A DNA stretch of 63,122 bases, the filler included, from Reticulomyxa filosa (lineage: Eukaryota > Protista > Foraminifera): the NCBI GenBank assembly GCA_000512085.1. It is 10 parts of 10 records of this genome, joined end to end, with 100 filler letters (N's around TTAATTAATTAA, not from the genome) between each part and the next. Parts side by side here need not be neighbours in the genome. Positions count along the whole stretch, not along the records: positions 1 to 13,346 come from ASPP01008269.1; positions 13,447 to 16,883 come from ASPP01009407.1; 8 more parts are not named here. The stretch is one strand, 5' to 3'. A program made the translations under genes and the position numbers. The notes below the pieces were generated by a model that saw nothing but the letters and a program-made list of their open reading frames with translations, was not told where the DNA came from and searched no databases. Below, one piece after another: positions 1 through 13,523 of the stretch (position 1 is the first letter of the stretch; each line of letters opens with the position of its first letter).

Positions 1-1082
1 AAAGATATTTTCGAAATAGTTCTATAACCACGGCAAGAAGATTAAAAAAATTCCTTATTAATCAAACCGCAGAAATGACAGGTCTAGCTAATACTCGAAA
101 TGTTAAAAGATATGTCTATAGTTATATCTACCAACATTTGTATGAGCAGTGAGTTACGATTAAGTGTAATACGAAAGGAATTTTTTCCAAGAAATAAAAT
201 TTCAGTAAAATGAAATTAATTAAATAAAAATAATTCACAAATGACAAAGAATACAACAAAAACAAGTATTGACGATGAGTAAATTATAACTCATTGTACA
301 ATAACACAAAATGATCATACACCTTTGCTATTTCATTTGCTGATTATTTATTCTTGTGTTTGTGCAGCATTTGAAAATTTTATGTGTTCATTTTATTATC
401 TTTGGGACACTATATCTCGAAGATCATTACCAACAACACATTCGACTCAAACTTATCAACTACTAAAAACAATACAACTTCCTAAAATTTAATTGATTTT
501 TCCTAAAATTGACCAGTTTTTATACGTCAGTTCTGTTTAAAGAAGCTATTTGACAATATTGATCCAAACACGACTACAGAAGAAATGAGGGTATAAATAG
601 TAAGCAGATTGGTATTTTGAAAAAAATAATAAACAAAGTGTAAGTAAAAATAATAATTAAAAGTTAAACTAACGGGTGTATGTTTGAAGAGATCTTTTAG
701 TTTATTTCAAAACTTCTCTTCAAACAAAAAACGAACACAAAACCAAATCATTGATTCGGTTTACTCCAACTACAAAATCATTGACAAAAAACACATTAAC
801 ACTATCGACAATGTTTAGAAACGCATTCAACAGAGTTTATAATAATCAAGATAGGAGGAGAGGGGGAAAAAAAAAAGACAAAACAAAGGAAAAAAAAAGG
901 TACGTATATTATAAAATTGTACGACAACACCGAGACTTTCGGTAATTGCGGTAAGCAATTAGTAAGCGATAGCTCAAGAAAAAAACAAGCAAATAAACAA
1001 AGAACAAAAGGAATAATTTTTGTCATTTGGATGGTTGCGTTTGTTTTCATTTGCATTCTGCTCGGCTCATTCTTTTTGTTTT

Positions 1083-2690
1083 TTAAATTGTGCCAACGTT
1101 TTCAAGTGTGTTTTTAACTACTTGAAGTAATTCCTTGAGTTCATTAACACATTGATCATGTTGTTGCTTACCATTTTCGTCACTTATACGTTCTTCTTTG
1201 TAATAACTGTTACCACCAAGGCTTTGAACGGCAAGTCGAGTTTCTTCAATTGTTTGTTCAATGGCGGTCCTTAAGGCACACATATTCTGTACTCCAACAG
1301 TTGAGTGCAACTTTTGAGACAAGTCAAAAGCTTTTTTCGTTTGCACAACAGGAATCAAAGCTTTTTCAACAGCCAGCGTTCGCTCTTGTGCTGACTTTCT
1401 TTCATTTGATTCGCTCTCATTTCTTCTCTTTTCATTCTTTGCCGAAACCACTGGATGCAATTCTTCTTTCGGAGACATTTTGTCAAGTCTGACGTATCTG
1501 TGTTTCTTCAACTCTTCCATACTGATGCGTTCGCCTTCTGGTTTGAAAATTTGCATCATCAGATCTACAAAACACACCAGAGCAAACAATTACTTACCTT
1601 TTTTTTAAAAAAAGAAAAACAAAATCAAAGATTGCAAAATGGTACGTAACCCAAGGCATCAGCTGTAACTAATGGCAGCCTACCCCAGCGAGCCAATATC
1701 GCACGCAATTGCCCAGAGAAAATACACCGAAAAGCAGGATCGGTTTGAATGGGAGCTGCATAAGGAGGCGCGCCAACTAACATCATAAACAACATTACCC
1801 CAAGGCACCAAATATCAGCTTTTTCAGGTGAGTATGTTTTCCTTGCAAATACCTAAAAAAATTTGTTTTTGCGTTTGTGTTTTGGGAAACACGTATACTA
1901 AAAAAAAAAAAGATTATTCGGCAAAAAAAAAAGAAATTAAAAAAAATATTACCTCTGGTGACATGTATCCAAGCTTGCCAACTTTTTCTTGGAATGTTTG
2001 ATCGGGTGAAAGCTGCTGGGCCAATCCAAAGTCAATAATTTTTACCTTGGCTTGATTTTTATCGGCAGACGCCAACATGGTATTTTCTAAGCTTAAATCC
2101 AAATGGGCAACACCGTGTCTGTGCATCCACGACACAGTATCGACTAATTGGCGAAAGATGGACTGCACATATAAACTCCATTGATTTGGGACGTCTTGGC
2201 ACTTTTGCTTTTGCGAAGAGGCATTTTTCACGACTTCGTTCAATTTTCCTTTCGTGTGATTGTCACGAATAAAGTCAAACAGTTCGCCTGCTGCGCAATA
2301 TTCCATTGCTAAGTAATAGCAATTTTCATCTTCCCAGTTTTCGATACAGCGCACGTAGCCTTATATTTTATTTCATTTATTTCCCTTTTTGTTTTAGTGC
2401 ACTGCTTTTACACCACTGATATCCGTACCTTCATTTTGTTCCTCCAGGTTTGACAGAAATAATTGAACTTTTTTTTCATTTTCAAAATTCTCTGGAACCT
2501 TGTGTCCTTCTCGGGACTTTCCTTGTTTCACCAATTCCTTCCATGTCTCTTTCACGACAACCCATGGATACTCACCCTTTTTATCTTGGACCAAGTATAT
2601 TCTTCCTTGTAACGTGTTTGCAAGAACTTTGATGAATCTGAAACGATTTCGTCCTTTCAAATTCTCTATTTTCGCGGCTTTTGATACCAT
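1083..2690 (-). CDS. CAMK-like Ser/Thr protein kinase, 4 exons (2690-2429, 2359-1953, 1852-1651, 1564-1083), with a C-terminal coiled-coil tail
   Basis: Spliced reading gives VVVKE, YLAMEYC..GELFD, HLDLSLEN, IIDFGLA, GKLGYMSPE, KADIWCLGVMLFMML.GAPPY. GT-AG introns of about 70-100 bp keep the frame. Confidence 0.9.
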
Positions 2691-3214
2691 TTCTTTGCTT
2701 CTATGATCTATTTTTTAAAATGATTATCTGAAAGAATTGAAAAATTCCTTAGTTTTTATTTTTATGTTTTATGAGCTTTGAACTTTTGCTGTTGTTTCAA
2801 AAAAGTTGCATCAGGTCAGTATATTGTATTATCTCACAAGAGTTTTAAGATTTTAAATTAAAGAACAAAATCACGGCCCACAACATCTTCTTCGATGTCA
2901 ATTCAATGTAATTACTTGTTTTGTAGTTTATCTTAGTTAAAAAAGAGAAAAACATATTAAGAGTATGCTAACTTATGTGCAACGTTCGCGGAACAAAAAT
3001 ATTCCTTTATGCTTTGTCAACGTTTCCATAATTGTTTTCCAATTCATTTGAAGTCAAAAAGAAACTTTAAAGAAAAATTGCTATTGAAATTTGGATTAAA
3101 TTTCTACCATTAAAGCATTTGGCAGATGTTTAAATTTGAATTACACATTTAAAATAAAACGAAAAACAACATTACGCTGTCTCTTCCTTATAGCACTATT
3201 TGCCGTTCAAAAGG

Positions 3215-4991
3215 TTACTCCACAACAATAACGGATTGAGGCATGACCCACTCTGATTTCATTTCCGCTTTGAAAACCCTCTCGACATTGCGGAAAAAAC
3301 CTTCATTGAAATATATGCTAACCTGATAGTTGTCAACAGGGTGATAAGCATGATTTTGAGCTCCCAACAAGCCTCTGGGAAGAATCTGTGCATAAGGAGG
3401 GAAATTTCCTACTCCAGAGATGGTTCTTTGCGAAGCCAATTCAGGACTGATATTGGAGCGTGTATCATTAGGGTTGTGTTCATTGTTGTCCAAAGGGCCT
3501 ACAGTATTGGCAGAAGAAAAAGGATGCAAGCGATTAGAAAGAGCCACTTCCTCTTGCAATAATGATCTTTTGTCATGATTTGGACTATCCGCATTCACAT
3601 TTACATCTGAGTTGGTGTTATTGGTAGCTGCATTTGCAGCATTGTTATCATTGACGCCAATGATGACATCTTGGCGAGGTTCCTCACCACCATACTGCGG
3701 TTCCATGTATCTTTGAACAATTTGTGGCTGGATGACCAAGGATGTAATCATCCACAATGTTACCAATGAAAAAATAAATAAACAACGATCAAAGTTTTTT
3801 TCTATATACACATATATGTATATATGCATATATATAAAAGAGAAGGTGTAACAAGTTAAACTTTAATCATTTCATACGTAGTTTGGCCGGTGGCGATCAA
3901 ATACGAATGATAGATCGAGATGCTAACGACAGCAAAAGTAGCGATGCCCATGAGAAGCACATATAAGACCCGGCCAATCCAACCGAGTATTGTCCTTTGG
4001 GAGTCGGCACTTTGATAAAACAGCGTGTTGATTCCGAATGTTAACCCCCACACCACAACAATGCTCTGCACCCATGTGAAGGCGATGAAATATCGTTGGT
4101 TGTTTCCGCCCACACAGTTGCCAACAAATGGACAATGGTGGTCGAACTTGACCACGCATCGATCGCAGTCGTAGCAATGTTTACTGCGAATGGGACGTAA
4201 GAACTTGCAACGATAACAAAAATGTTGTGGCGGATTGGTTTTGGATATTCGCACGGCCACTTGTCGTGATAACGTCGTCGGGTTCAATCGCACTCGACGA
4301 GAGGCGTCTCCATTGTCGGTTTCGTCCAGCTCGTCTTCTATCGACTTGGACTCACTTTCGTTGCGAATTCGCTCCAAATGCGTCTTTTGTTTCTTTTTTC
4401 CTGACTCTTTGTGTCCGTCTTCTTTTTCTTCTTCTATAGTTTTTACAAAAAAAAAAAAAATCAAGTACATCAGAACAATTATTGTTTATAAAAGAGAAGA
4501 TAAAAAAAAAAAAAGGGGGAGTAAGATTAAGAACTTTTTTTATAATAATAAAAAATAGTAGTCCTTAGAATACTGATTGTGCAAGGTAAAAGCTTGAACA
4601 AAGATAGCATTTTTTTTAATGCGAAGTTGCGTTTCATGTTTAATTTTTTTTTTAAAAAAAAAAAGAAAAAAAATTGACCATTGAACAAAGGAACATATCC
4701 TGGATTGCTAAATGTTGTGATTGCGTACAAAATGATTGCTATAACTTGCAACAAATGAAAAAAAATATTCAAAAACGCTTCGTCATGTGCCAGCCATTGC
4801 CTCAAAGCACCATCTTTCCAACTGTACGCTATAGCAATCGCAACAATATTCCAGACAACGTACTGGGTTCGGACTGAGTATTTTTTCATACGACTACGCA
4901 ATAATTCCTTCTCAAATTCGTCAACAGGGGGGTTAAATATTGTTGCATAGCAATCGTGTAACACTTGATTACAGTTGCAAAACGTAGACAT
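3215..4991 (-). CDS. DHHC (zf-DHHC) protein S-palmitoyltransferase, multi-exon
   Basis: CYRCKFLRPIRSKHCYDCDRCVVKFDHHCPFVGNCVGGNNQRYF, upstream SNPGY, downstream TTYE motif, flanking hydrophobic helices. Confidence 0.93.
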
Positions 4992-5924
4992 ATCTTTGTC
5001 TTATTGAGGGTGTACCCTTTACTCTTTTACAGCTTTGCTTTTTGACTTCCAACAGCTTCGGCAGTTTATGCCGTCAGAAAACTTGTTTTCTTGGTAAAGC
5101 GTTACAAAACGGCTTTTTTAAGGAAAGCATTGGCAATAGATGTACTTTACAGGAAAATTGCTCAACTTTTAAATTTATCGAATAAAACAAAAAGCTGAGT
5201 ATTCTACCTTGTATTTGATACTACATGAGTTGAAGTTAATCAATTGAATTATTTTGGTGCATTGAAATTAAACTAAAACAACGTTTAAGTATCTTCTTTA
5301 TCCCCAAAACAAGAAAAAACCTGCAATTATTATATTGTTTTATCTTTTCCTATTCGTAGTGATTGGGACTCATTTGTATTACTAATCCATACGTATCTTC
5401 CAGTTCAATTTCATATTGTTATCTTCAAATTGCACTAGCAATAACACTTATGACAGTGAGTACCCAACATTAAATCTTCAAACACCAAAACAAATGGCGC
5501 TTTTGTTTTGTTTTATTTTTGTTGTTTCCATCCGAAGCTGATGTCAGTTTAAAAACTGAAGCAAAACAAAAAGAAAGCGAAAAGAGAAACAGAGGGAAGG
5601 AGGGTGAAGGAAGTGACACAAAAGAGAAAATGGAAAAGAAAAGGGAGGAGGACAACGACAAAAACAATCAAAATTACAAAAAAAGCAAGTGAAAAAAACA
5701 GAGAAATTAGTAACGTAAGGCAAAGAGGGGGAAGAGAGGTATAAGATGGTCAAAATGTTTTATTGGAGAAAGAAGTTGCCAACAAAAAAATGTGATGAGT
5801 ACGACAATCACACCTGGTGACCATTTGTTCTCTTATTCCCCCTTGCATTTTTTGTTTTTGTTTTGTTTGGTTGAGAAAAAAAAATAGGAGCAAACAATAT
5901 TTTTCTTTGTGGTTGGAATTGTGC

Positions 5925-8900
5925 ATGCCGCGTAAACAACCCACAAACCCAAGAGGGTACAAACTTGTGCGAATTTGCATTAAGATTTTTTCGGGGCGCA
6001 ACGTTTTTTTGTTTTACGTTCCTCCTCCCTTTGCCCCCTTTTTTTTTTTTTTGCTAGTGACGTTATTTTGAATTTTGACTGAAATTGTCACGTGTTTCTT
6101 GTTAATTGGGCCGTTATTTCGGTGAGACTGACTGGTTTGCGGGAATGTGTTTTTAATTGTCCAAAAAATTACTTTGAGAATAACCTACAAAAACGCGCGC
6201 AAAAACTTTGCTGCGTCAGCGATGATTGCTTTCATAAACCTAAGTGGTCAACGAAGTATCAAAACCCATTCCATCACATCACTTTTGACTTTTTGCTCTT
6301 GAAACGTACTCGACGATACAAAACAAGACAAAAGCAAAAGAAATCAAATGATACAAACAAACATAACAAAACAAAAAATAGACGACAACAACACATTGGA
6401 GACAAGCGGAATCGACAAGGAAAGAATTAGCCCTATTAACAAATATTGAAGAAGTGATTAAAAGCTCTCGTCTCCGTTTGGAACACGACAATGACAAAGG
6501 CAAGAACGCGTTAAACAATGAGTTGGCAAAAAGTAAGAAACAATTGCTTGAATCAACATACTGTATTTGCCGAGGACCACATGTCGAAAATAAATCCATG
6601 ATTATGTGCAATGTTTGTCAGGAGTGGTATCATGACGAATGTGTTGGACTCTCTCAGTTAGATTTTAAAAAAAAGGCAAGAAAAAAATTATTTAAAAGGA
6701 TGTCAAAAAAAATAAATTATTTTGCCAATTAATTCAGTGACCACTTTGTACACACAAAAAAAAAAAAAATGAACAATGTAAACATAGCCAAGAGGCAAGT
6801 GACGGCGAAGAATACGAGTGTGCGATATGCTTGGGGACAGAGCATCCAAACAAGGGTAAAATATACAAGGAAAACGATTTTCGCAATTCTTTGAAAGAAC
6901 GCCGACAGCGAGCGCTACAAAAAAGGAGACTCCTCATTGAAAGGGTCACACGAAGAAAAGAGGATCTGTTGAAGGCACAAATGAACAGCAAATCTATCCC
7001 ACACGTGGTAGGTCTCAGCGACACAGACGACTCACCACCTCCTCCAAATATTTTGCTTGGTAAAAAACCAAAGCGATACATTTATTGTCCTGCTACAAGT
7101 TCGTCCATACACATACACATATACATATATATGTGTATATATGTATATGTATATGTATATACAGTATACACATATATATTTGCGCATTGGTTGCATGATT
7201 TTTGTTTTGTTTTGTTTTGATGGGGCAATGTATGAATAATGCAATTGGTTGGCGGTAACAGCAACAACGGCAGAAACAGAGACAGGGGCAACAATAGCAA
7301 CATCTCCAGCTTCAGTTGTTGCCACAAAACATGAACCAAAAAGTGTAAGTGAAGAAAGCACACCGTCGTCGTGGAGTAGCGGAAGCGATACAGCATTCCC
7401 TTTAGACACGAATCATATGTCCTCGTCGGCAATATCCGGCCGAAGAGCAATTCGACGTCCCTTGGCCCGCCCTGGCAGCAGTGCGTTTAAACATCTCCCC
7501 ACCTCCACCGTGGCTGTACCTTCCACTACTGCCCCACGTGCGTTTGTGTGCGTATGTGTATGTATAGATACGTATACACACGCACAAAAATCAACACAAA
7601 TAAAATTGAATACAATATATTGTGGCAACATCCGTGTTTTCAATGCGTAATTATATATGTATTGTGTGTTATGGAACTGAGATAGCATCGACAATGAAGA
7701 AACGACAGTTGAATGAGGTATGCAATGAAAAAGAAGAAATTGAAGTGGGCCTTAGCCACAAACGACATAAAAGCAATGAGCACGCACACAAATCAAAGAC
7801 AAGACGAATATCTTATGTGGAACAAAATGAAACCATCCCGGCGTTAGAGTCCACGCAAACCTCTTCAATTATTTACCCTCCAATTGCCCCTCCTGTATTT
7901 GCAATTCGAGACCCCCCGACTTTGTTGCAGCCTTCAAGTCCCTCCCTCCCTCGTGCTGATGGCAATGACGATGATGACGACATCGCTGACGGCAATAACA
8001 ACAACAACGACGAAGAAAATGATGGTGATGACAACGATAGTCAATCTTCATTGCAAGACCTTTCATCCTCTGTCAATCGCAATGGAAAGCCAATGCACAA
8101 GTATCAATACGGACAAAAAGAACGAAAATATCAAGAGCAGAGACACGTGTCCCAACAGCAACAACAACAACAACAACAACAACGACAACTGCAAACACAG
8201 CAAGCACAACAAGAACAAAAAAGAAAGGAAAAGGAGCTAATGTTGACAAAAGAACGCCAGCGGAAGGAAGAAATGGAAAAGAAAATCCGTGCACACGCTC
8301 GAAAGCTTGTTCGACGGGCATTAGGTCATTACTTCAACGCAGAGCACTGCAATAATTTGGAGCGTCACTTGTACTCAACCTACGGCCTTAGTCCCATGCG
8401 AAATTGGAGTCGAGGGATTCTTGAACGAATGACCAAATTCATTCCTACTTGTGATAAAGGTCAAAATTTTGTTTGTGTGAAATTGTCTTACAGTCCTTAT
8501 GCGTTGTAAATACCCCTTGAGAAAACATTATATACATATATATATGTATATATATATAACGTGTATGCGTTGCAACAAAAAAGGAATCACAAATAATCCA
8601 TATGCAAATAAGTACTTTGAAGTGATGGAAAGATTGACAAAATTCCCATCGTTGGTGAAATTGATTCGCTTGGGCGAATTAGACATTACAAAGATATTGA
8701 ATGTGAGCAATGATGAAATCATGGATGCCACTCGAAAAACGGACACGAACGCAAAGCTGTTGCAGCAGTTGTTTCCATTGGTCGGCAACGCATTGGCGGA
8801 GGAAATATTACAGCAAGCAAGGCAATATAGCAAAAAAGATAAAACGAAATATCGAGACAAAATTCGAGATTTGATGTTTAATTTAAACAAAAATCCAAAG

Positions 8901-11497
8901 TTGGTCCAACGTTTGACCAGTGGCAACATGACTGCCGAACAATTGGTCCATGCCACCAATGAAGAATTGGCTTCCGAGGAAATTTCTCAATATCGTAACA
9001 AAGTCCGAAAAGAAATCGCCCAAGCGCAAGTTTGTTGTAATTGTTCAACCCCTTTTCGTTTTGTGTATGAAAAAGATGCAACTTATTTCCTTTTTGTGTG
9101 TTCTTCAATAGATAATTCATGAGAAATTAACGGACTTGAAACGAGAAGGAATAATCAAGAAACAAGTCGAAGTGAAGCCAGACGATATCCCGTTGTCCGA
9201 GTCTATTGTGAAAGACATGGACACAGGGACGACAGTAGGTATGGCTGTGAACAATAGCAACAGCAATCTTAATGCCAACAGCACGAACAGCAATAATCAC
9301 ATCAACACTGCCAATAACACCACCAACAATGACAACAAGTTTACGTCACAAAGCCAACCCGTAAGCAGCTCCGCCACCGTTGTTGACGACGATAGTGACG
9401 AATCCTCAGAAGATGATGACGATCTTATTTTGGAAGTTGTTACCAAAGCAACGATCAATCGTGCCAACCCTTCTGACAATGGTATATACATGTATATACG
9501 TATATGTATGTTTTTAATACTTGCATTTTGTTCACATGTATGATTATACTTGTAATCATTTGTGTGATGGACAGATGTGATTGATATCACAAACGATGAA
9601 AAAGACACGGCGAAAGACAAAAAAGGAAACAATTCGATGCCAAAACCATCAACCATTCGATCGTCGGTAATCGAAACGATACGAGTAAAGCCCAGCGATC
9701 GACACGAGTCTTCCCAAGAGAGGATGGAAGAGGAAGACAAAGGAGTAATGTTTGCCAACCGACACAGCGACAGCGAAAGCGAAACCGAGGAGGAAGAGCC
9801 ACTTTCTCCGACGGAAATGACCATACCTATGGAAATGAATATGCACATGGATGCGGAAGACGATAATGTGGACTTTGTGGGATTATTTGACGAGTCGAGC
9901 CATCGACTCCACGACAGCGGTGATTCGAAACAACAAGAGGCAGGGGAAGTGAACGAGACCTTGGAAGATTCACAGCCACAGTTATCGACATTGGCACAAT
10001 CCAAAGAAGAAGAACCGACTGCTGTTAGATCATCGAGCAGTAATGACAATGACATTTCTAACAGTAATAAGGATAAAGCCATGGCCGAGGACAGCAAACA
10101 CGAACATGATAATGAAAACGAAAACGAAAAGAATAAAAACAAAGAGCAAGAAGAAAGCTTAGGATTTTTAAATGTCGGACCTTTGAGAAAGCCTTCTCGA
10201 AAAGGGAAGCCACAAAAATCCAAGCATGGCAAAACAGCGGCAAGTGCAAAGGAATATGCGTCGCCGAAAGAAGGCAAAGATTCCGACAAACACCTTTTAT
10301 GGAAAGGAATGTTGGAGTATCGTGATGGCAATGGCAAGGCATCCAGCTTTAAATGCAAAATGCACCAAATTGGTGGAGCCCTTGTTCAACGATTACCGAT
10401 CCCTTCCAAAATTACTATGACTGGGAGAGTCAATCCACAAGAATTGCAAAAACATTTGCTTAAAGTTTTGCCTACCAAAAAAAAAAAAAATCACAGCAAA
10501 AATGTAATGACTATGATTTATTATTTTGTTGTCTTCTTTCTTGTCAACGTGTATTGCATTGAATGCAGTCAATGAAATATGACAATCGAAAAGTATGTTG
10601 CTTAAGCTTATCTGTCATCGCGGAACACGAAAAAGTCGCAAGTGAATGCGAGAAGTATTTAAGAACCGCAGAACGATGTGCACGCTTCAAATTGGATGGC
10701 AAAAACGCTGATCCTATATTTGATTTGTATCTTATGTCACCCGCCGTTCCGCATGTCAATGCCGATTTTGTAAAACAATATTATAAATGTCACTTGCCAC
10801 GACATACTGTTGCGTCATTGCACACATTTATACAAACATGCACATACATGTATATGTACACTATATAAATGTATGTTTGTTTGACAATATTCTTTATATG
10901 TGACTTGGCTGTTTAAACTAGTTATGGGCATTGGCAGTATTTCCAACAGAATCTTTTGCAAAAATTACACAAGACACTGATGCACAACCTCCAACATCAA
11001 CAAAAAGTTGAGCTTATTTTTAATCTGTTTTGGAACGGGCTCATTTACTCAATCAAAAAACATTTGTGTGTATGTTGTACATATGTGTTTGAACCGGATC
11101 GTGGGTGCTGATGGAAAAAAAAAAAAAAAGATCTCGAGACGAAAATTTGTATAGTCCTGAAGTTGAGGTTAATTTAAGTGATGATGACAAAGACAAACCA
11201 ATACAAAAAACGAAAAAAAATGATACCCAAATTACCGAAGGTTTAATGCGAAAAGAAAACAGTGATATTTGGAGTGCTTTAAGTTTACTAACCACTGCAA
11301 TGCAGAACGAATCACCTCTCCCTTCCGTTCAACCCCAAAACCAGCCTTATCAGGCCACTTCTCATTTGCATAATTCCAATCCGCTACCAAACACTTTTCA
11401 ATCGAATGCTTATCCTTCCCCAGTGTACCCGCAATCAATCAACAATCAAACTTATTTGCCACTCGATCCAAGAGTTACAAAGAGAAATCGAATGTAA
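5925..11497 (+). CDS. PHD finger - TFIIS central domain(s) - SPOC domain protein (PHF3/DIDO1/Bye1-like), multi-exon; start codon uncertain
   Basis: PHD: YCICRGP..MIMCNVCQEWYHDECVG...YECAIC (6560-6835). TFIIS_M: KYRDKIRDLMFNL..NPKL..RL.SG...EQLV.AT.EELAS (8840-8980). SPOC-like: LLWKGML...LPIPSKITMTGRV (10290-10440) and FDLYL (about 10720). Confidence 0.82.
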
Positions 11498-11946
11498 GAA
11501 ACGCACCTATTTCACATTCAAGAGAGAGAAAAAGAGCGGAGGGCCTTATCAAAGGTCATGGAGAGGAGATCATTGCTTTTTTTTTTTCCGAAATAAGCTT
11601 TCTGTTTGTTTATTTGATGGGCGTGTTAGTCTTTCGATTGTGTTTGTACAATTATGAAAGTTTCCAAATATTCCCATCCAATATTTCAATTTTTTTTCAA
11701 ATATTAAAAATGAAAAAAAAGTTTTTAAATATATTGTCTTGTTGGCAGCATTTGGCATGAAACACAAACATCTTACGACAATTTCTTAACTTGAGATTGA
11801 TATGTCAAGCTTTATGATATTTTGTGTGTTCCAAAAAGGGCAACAGTCGTTTGGTTGACAGGGTGCAAAAAAAAGTTCGGCAGAATAATCAATTTGTTTG
11901 TTTTATTTGGAACGTCAATAATTTCCCAAATTAGAAATAAAAGAAC

Positions 11947-13346
11947 ATGGATGATGATTTACATACCTCAAGTGAAAATGAGCAGTCACCGGCAGCAGGA
12001 TTTCAAAAGCAAGAAGAAGAAGATAGTCAAGACGAGTTGGACGAGGACACTGGTTATGACAGCGCAGTGGAGATGCAACGACAATTGAATGAATTGGGCA
12101 AGAAAAACGGGATGACGACCTATAGTTCACATGCGCTCGATTTGAATGGACAGACTGGTGCCAACTTGCGCCACGTATCACCACGGTATATCGGACATCT
12201 GGACGACAGTGATGCGGCGGCAATGTTGCGCGACATGCAATCAGAGCTGACGCGTCTGTCACAAGTGAACTTGCACAAGTAAAGAACAATACAAAAAAAA
12301 TGTTTGTTTACAAAAAAAAAAAAAAAAAATATGTATATATAAAAAAATGTTGTTTGTACTTTTTGGTTTAATCAGGGGCACCACCCCTCGTGGTTCATTG
12401 ATGCATGATGCCACAACAGGGGGCTACGTAGTGGCGAGCAGCAACGGAGCCGGAGAGACAGCAATGTTGGCACAGCAAGATCGGATGTCCTCCACCAAGT
12501 CCCTTCCGACGGGTGCCACGACGTCTGCCGGCAAATTGGATCTGTCCAAAGCCGATTCCAATCCTCACACCGTCGGAGCTGCGGGTTCTGCTGTCCCAGA
12601 TGCGTCCACTGTCGCTTCTTCTTCTTCTGGTACTGTCATTACTGCCACCGCTGAGGTCGCTGGAAACGTCGGAGGTGCAAACACCACAGTTGCAGTGTCA
12701 CAACCTCAGATGGACGTCCCTTTACAAATGCAATTGCAAACACAAACACAAATGCAATCTCAATCTCAATCTCAATTGCCACCCACTGTTGTCACTTCCA
12801 ATGGTGTTGCTAATGGCAATGGCTACAGCCACGGCAATGTGAATGGTAATGGTCATATAAATTCCAATGTGTTGCTACTTGAACCTCCTGACGCTTCAGA
12901 GGAGGCTCAAGGGACCAGCGCCTCCAGTGTGACGACTTCGAAGGGACTCAATCCGACACGGACTTCGGTGATCAATGTAAACATGTCCTCGCCTTTGATG
13001 AACTTTGATCCCACTGTATTCACTGTCCAACAGCTGATGTCGCAGCTGGAAATACTCGAAAACAACGACACAAAATCCGACCGAAAAGATCTGTGGACTC
13101 AAATCAAATCCATGGTGGAATCTGAAATGGCCGCCTCGTCCAATACATCCAACAAAAAAGACTCTTTGGCACATCCGACCACCTCTCTCGATGAACAAGA
13201 TATCAAAGTCGAAACAAAAACCAATGAGAAGACTGTCAATCCAAAAAACAATGAAGAATTACTCCAAGTCCTTTCTTGTTTTCATATACATTTGTGTATA
13301 TGTATATGTATAATGAATGACCCAAACTTTTTTATACCTTTTTTTT
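11947..13346 (+). CDS. Unknown protein with acidic then S/T/G/Q-rich low-complexity N-terminus; 3' end cut by the contig end
   Basis: Two GC-richer ORFs (11947-12282, 12347-13346) separated by an AT-rich intron-like gap. No family recognised. Confidence 0.6.
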
Positions 13347-13446
13347 NNNNNNNNNNNNNNNNNNNNNNNNNNNNNNNNNNNNNNNNNNNNTTAATTAATT
13401 AANNNNNNNNNNNNNNNNNNNNNNNNNNNNNNNNNNNNNNNNNNNN
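13347..13446. other. Artificial contig linker (N44-TTAATTAATTAA-N44)
   Basis: The same 100-bp spacer occurs nine times; TTAATTAATTAA gives stops in all six frames. Confidence 0.98.
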
Positions 13447-13523
13447 AAAAAAAAAAATTACATATGTATATGTACATATGCATATGTATGTATACATTTA
13501 TATACATATATGAATGTATGTAA

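Noticed and set aside
5470-6430. Short F/K-rich ORFs here and elsewhere (e.g. 751-1117, 19908-20234, 40883-41233)
   Set aside because: Products of A/T homopolymer-rich intergenic or intronic DNA, or antisense shadows.
9297-10358. 353-aa antisense ORF
   Set aside because: Mirror of an acidic, low-complexity exon of the PHD-SPOC gene; Ser/Leu/Phe-rich with no motifs.
13391-13402. Palindromic TTAATTAATTAA repeated nine times as a biological repeat, CRISPR or transposon target
   Set aside because: Always centred in 88 Ns with fixed geometry; it is a six-frame-stop assembly spacer.
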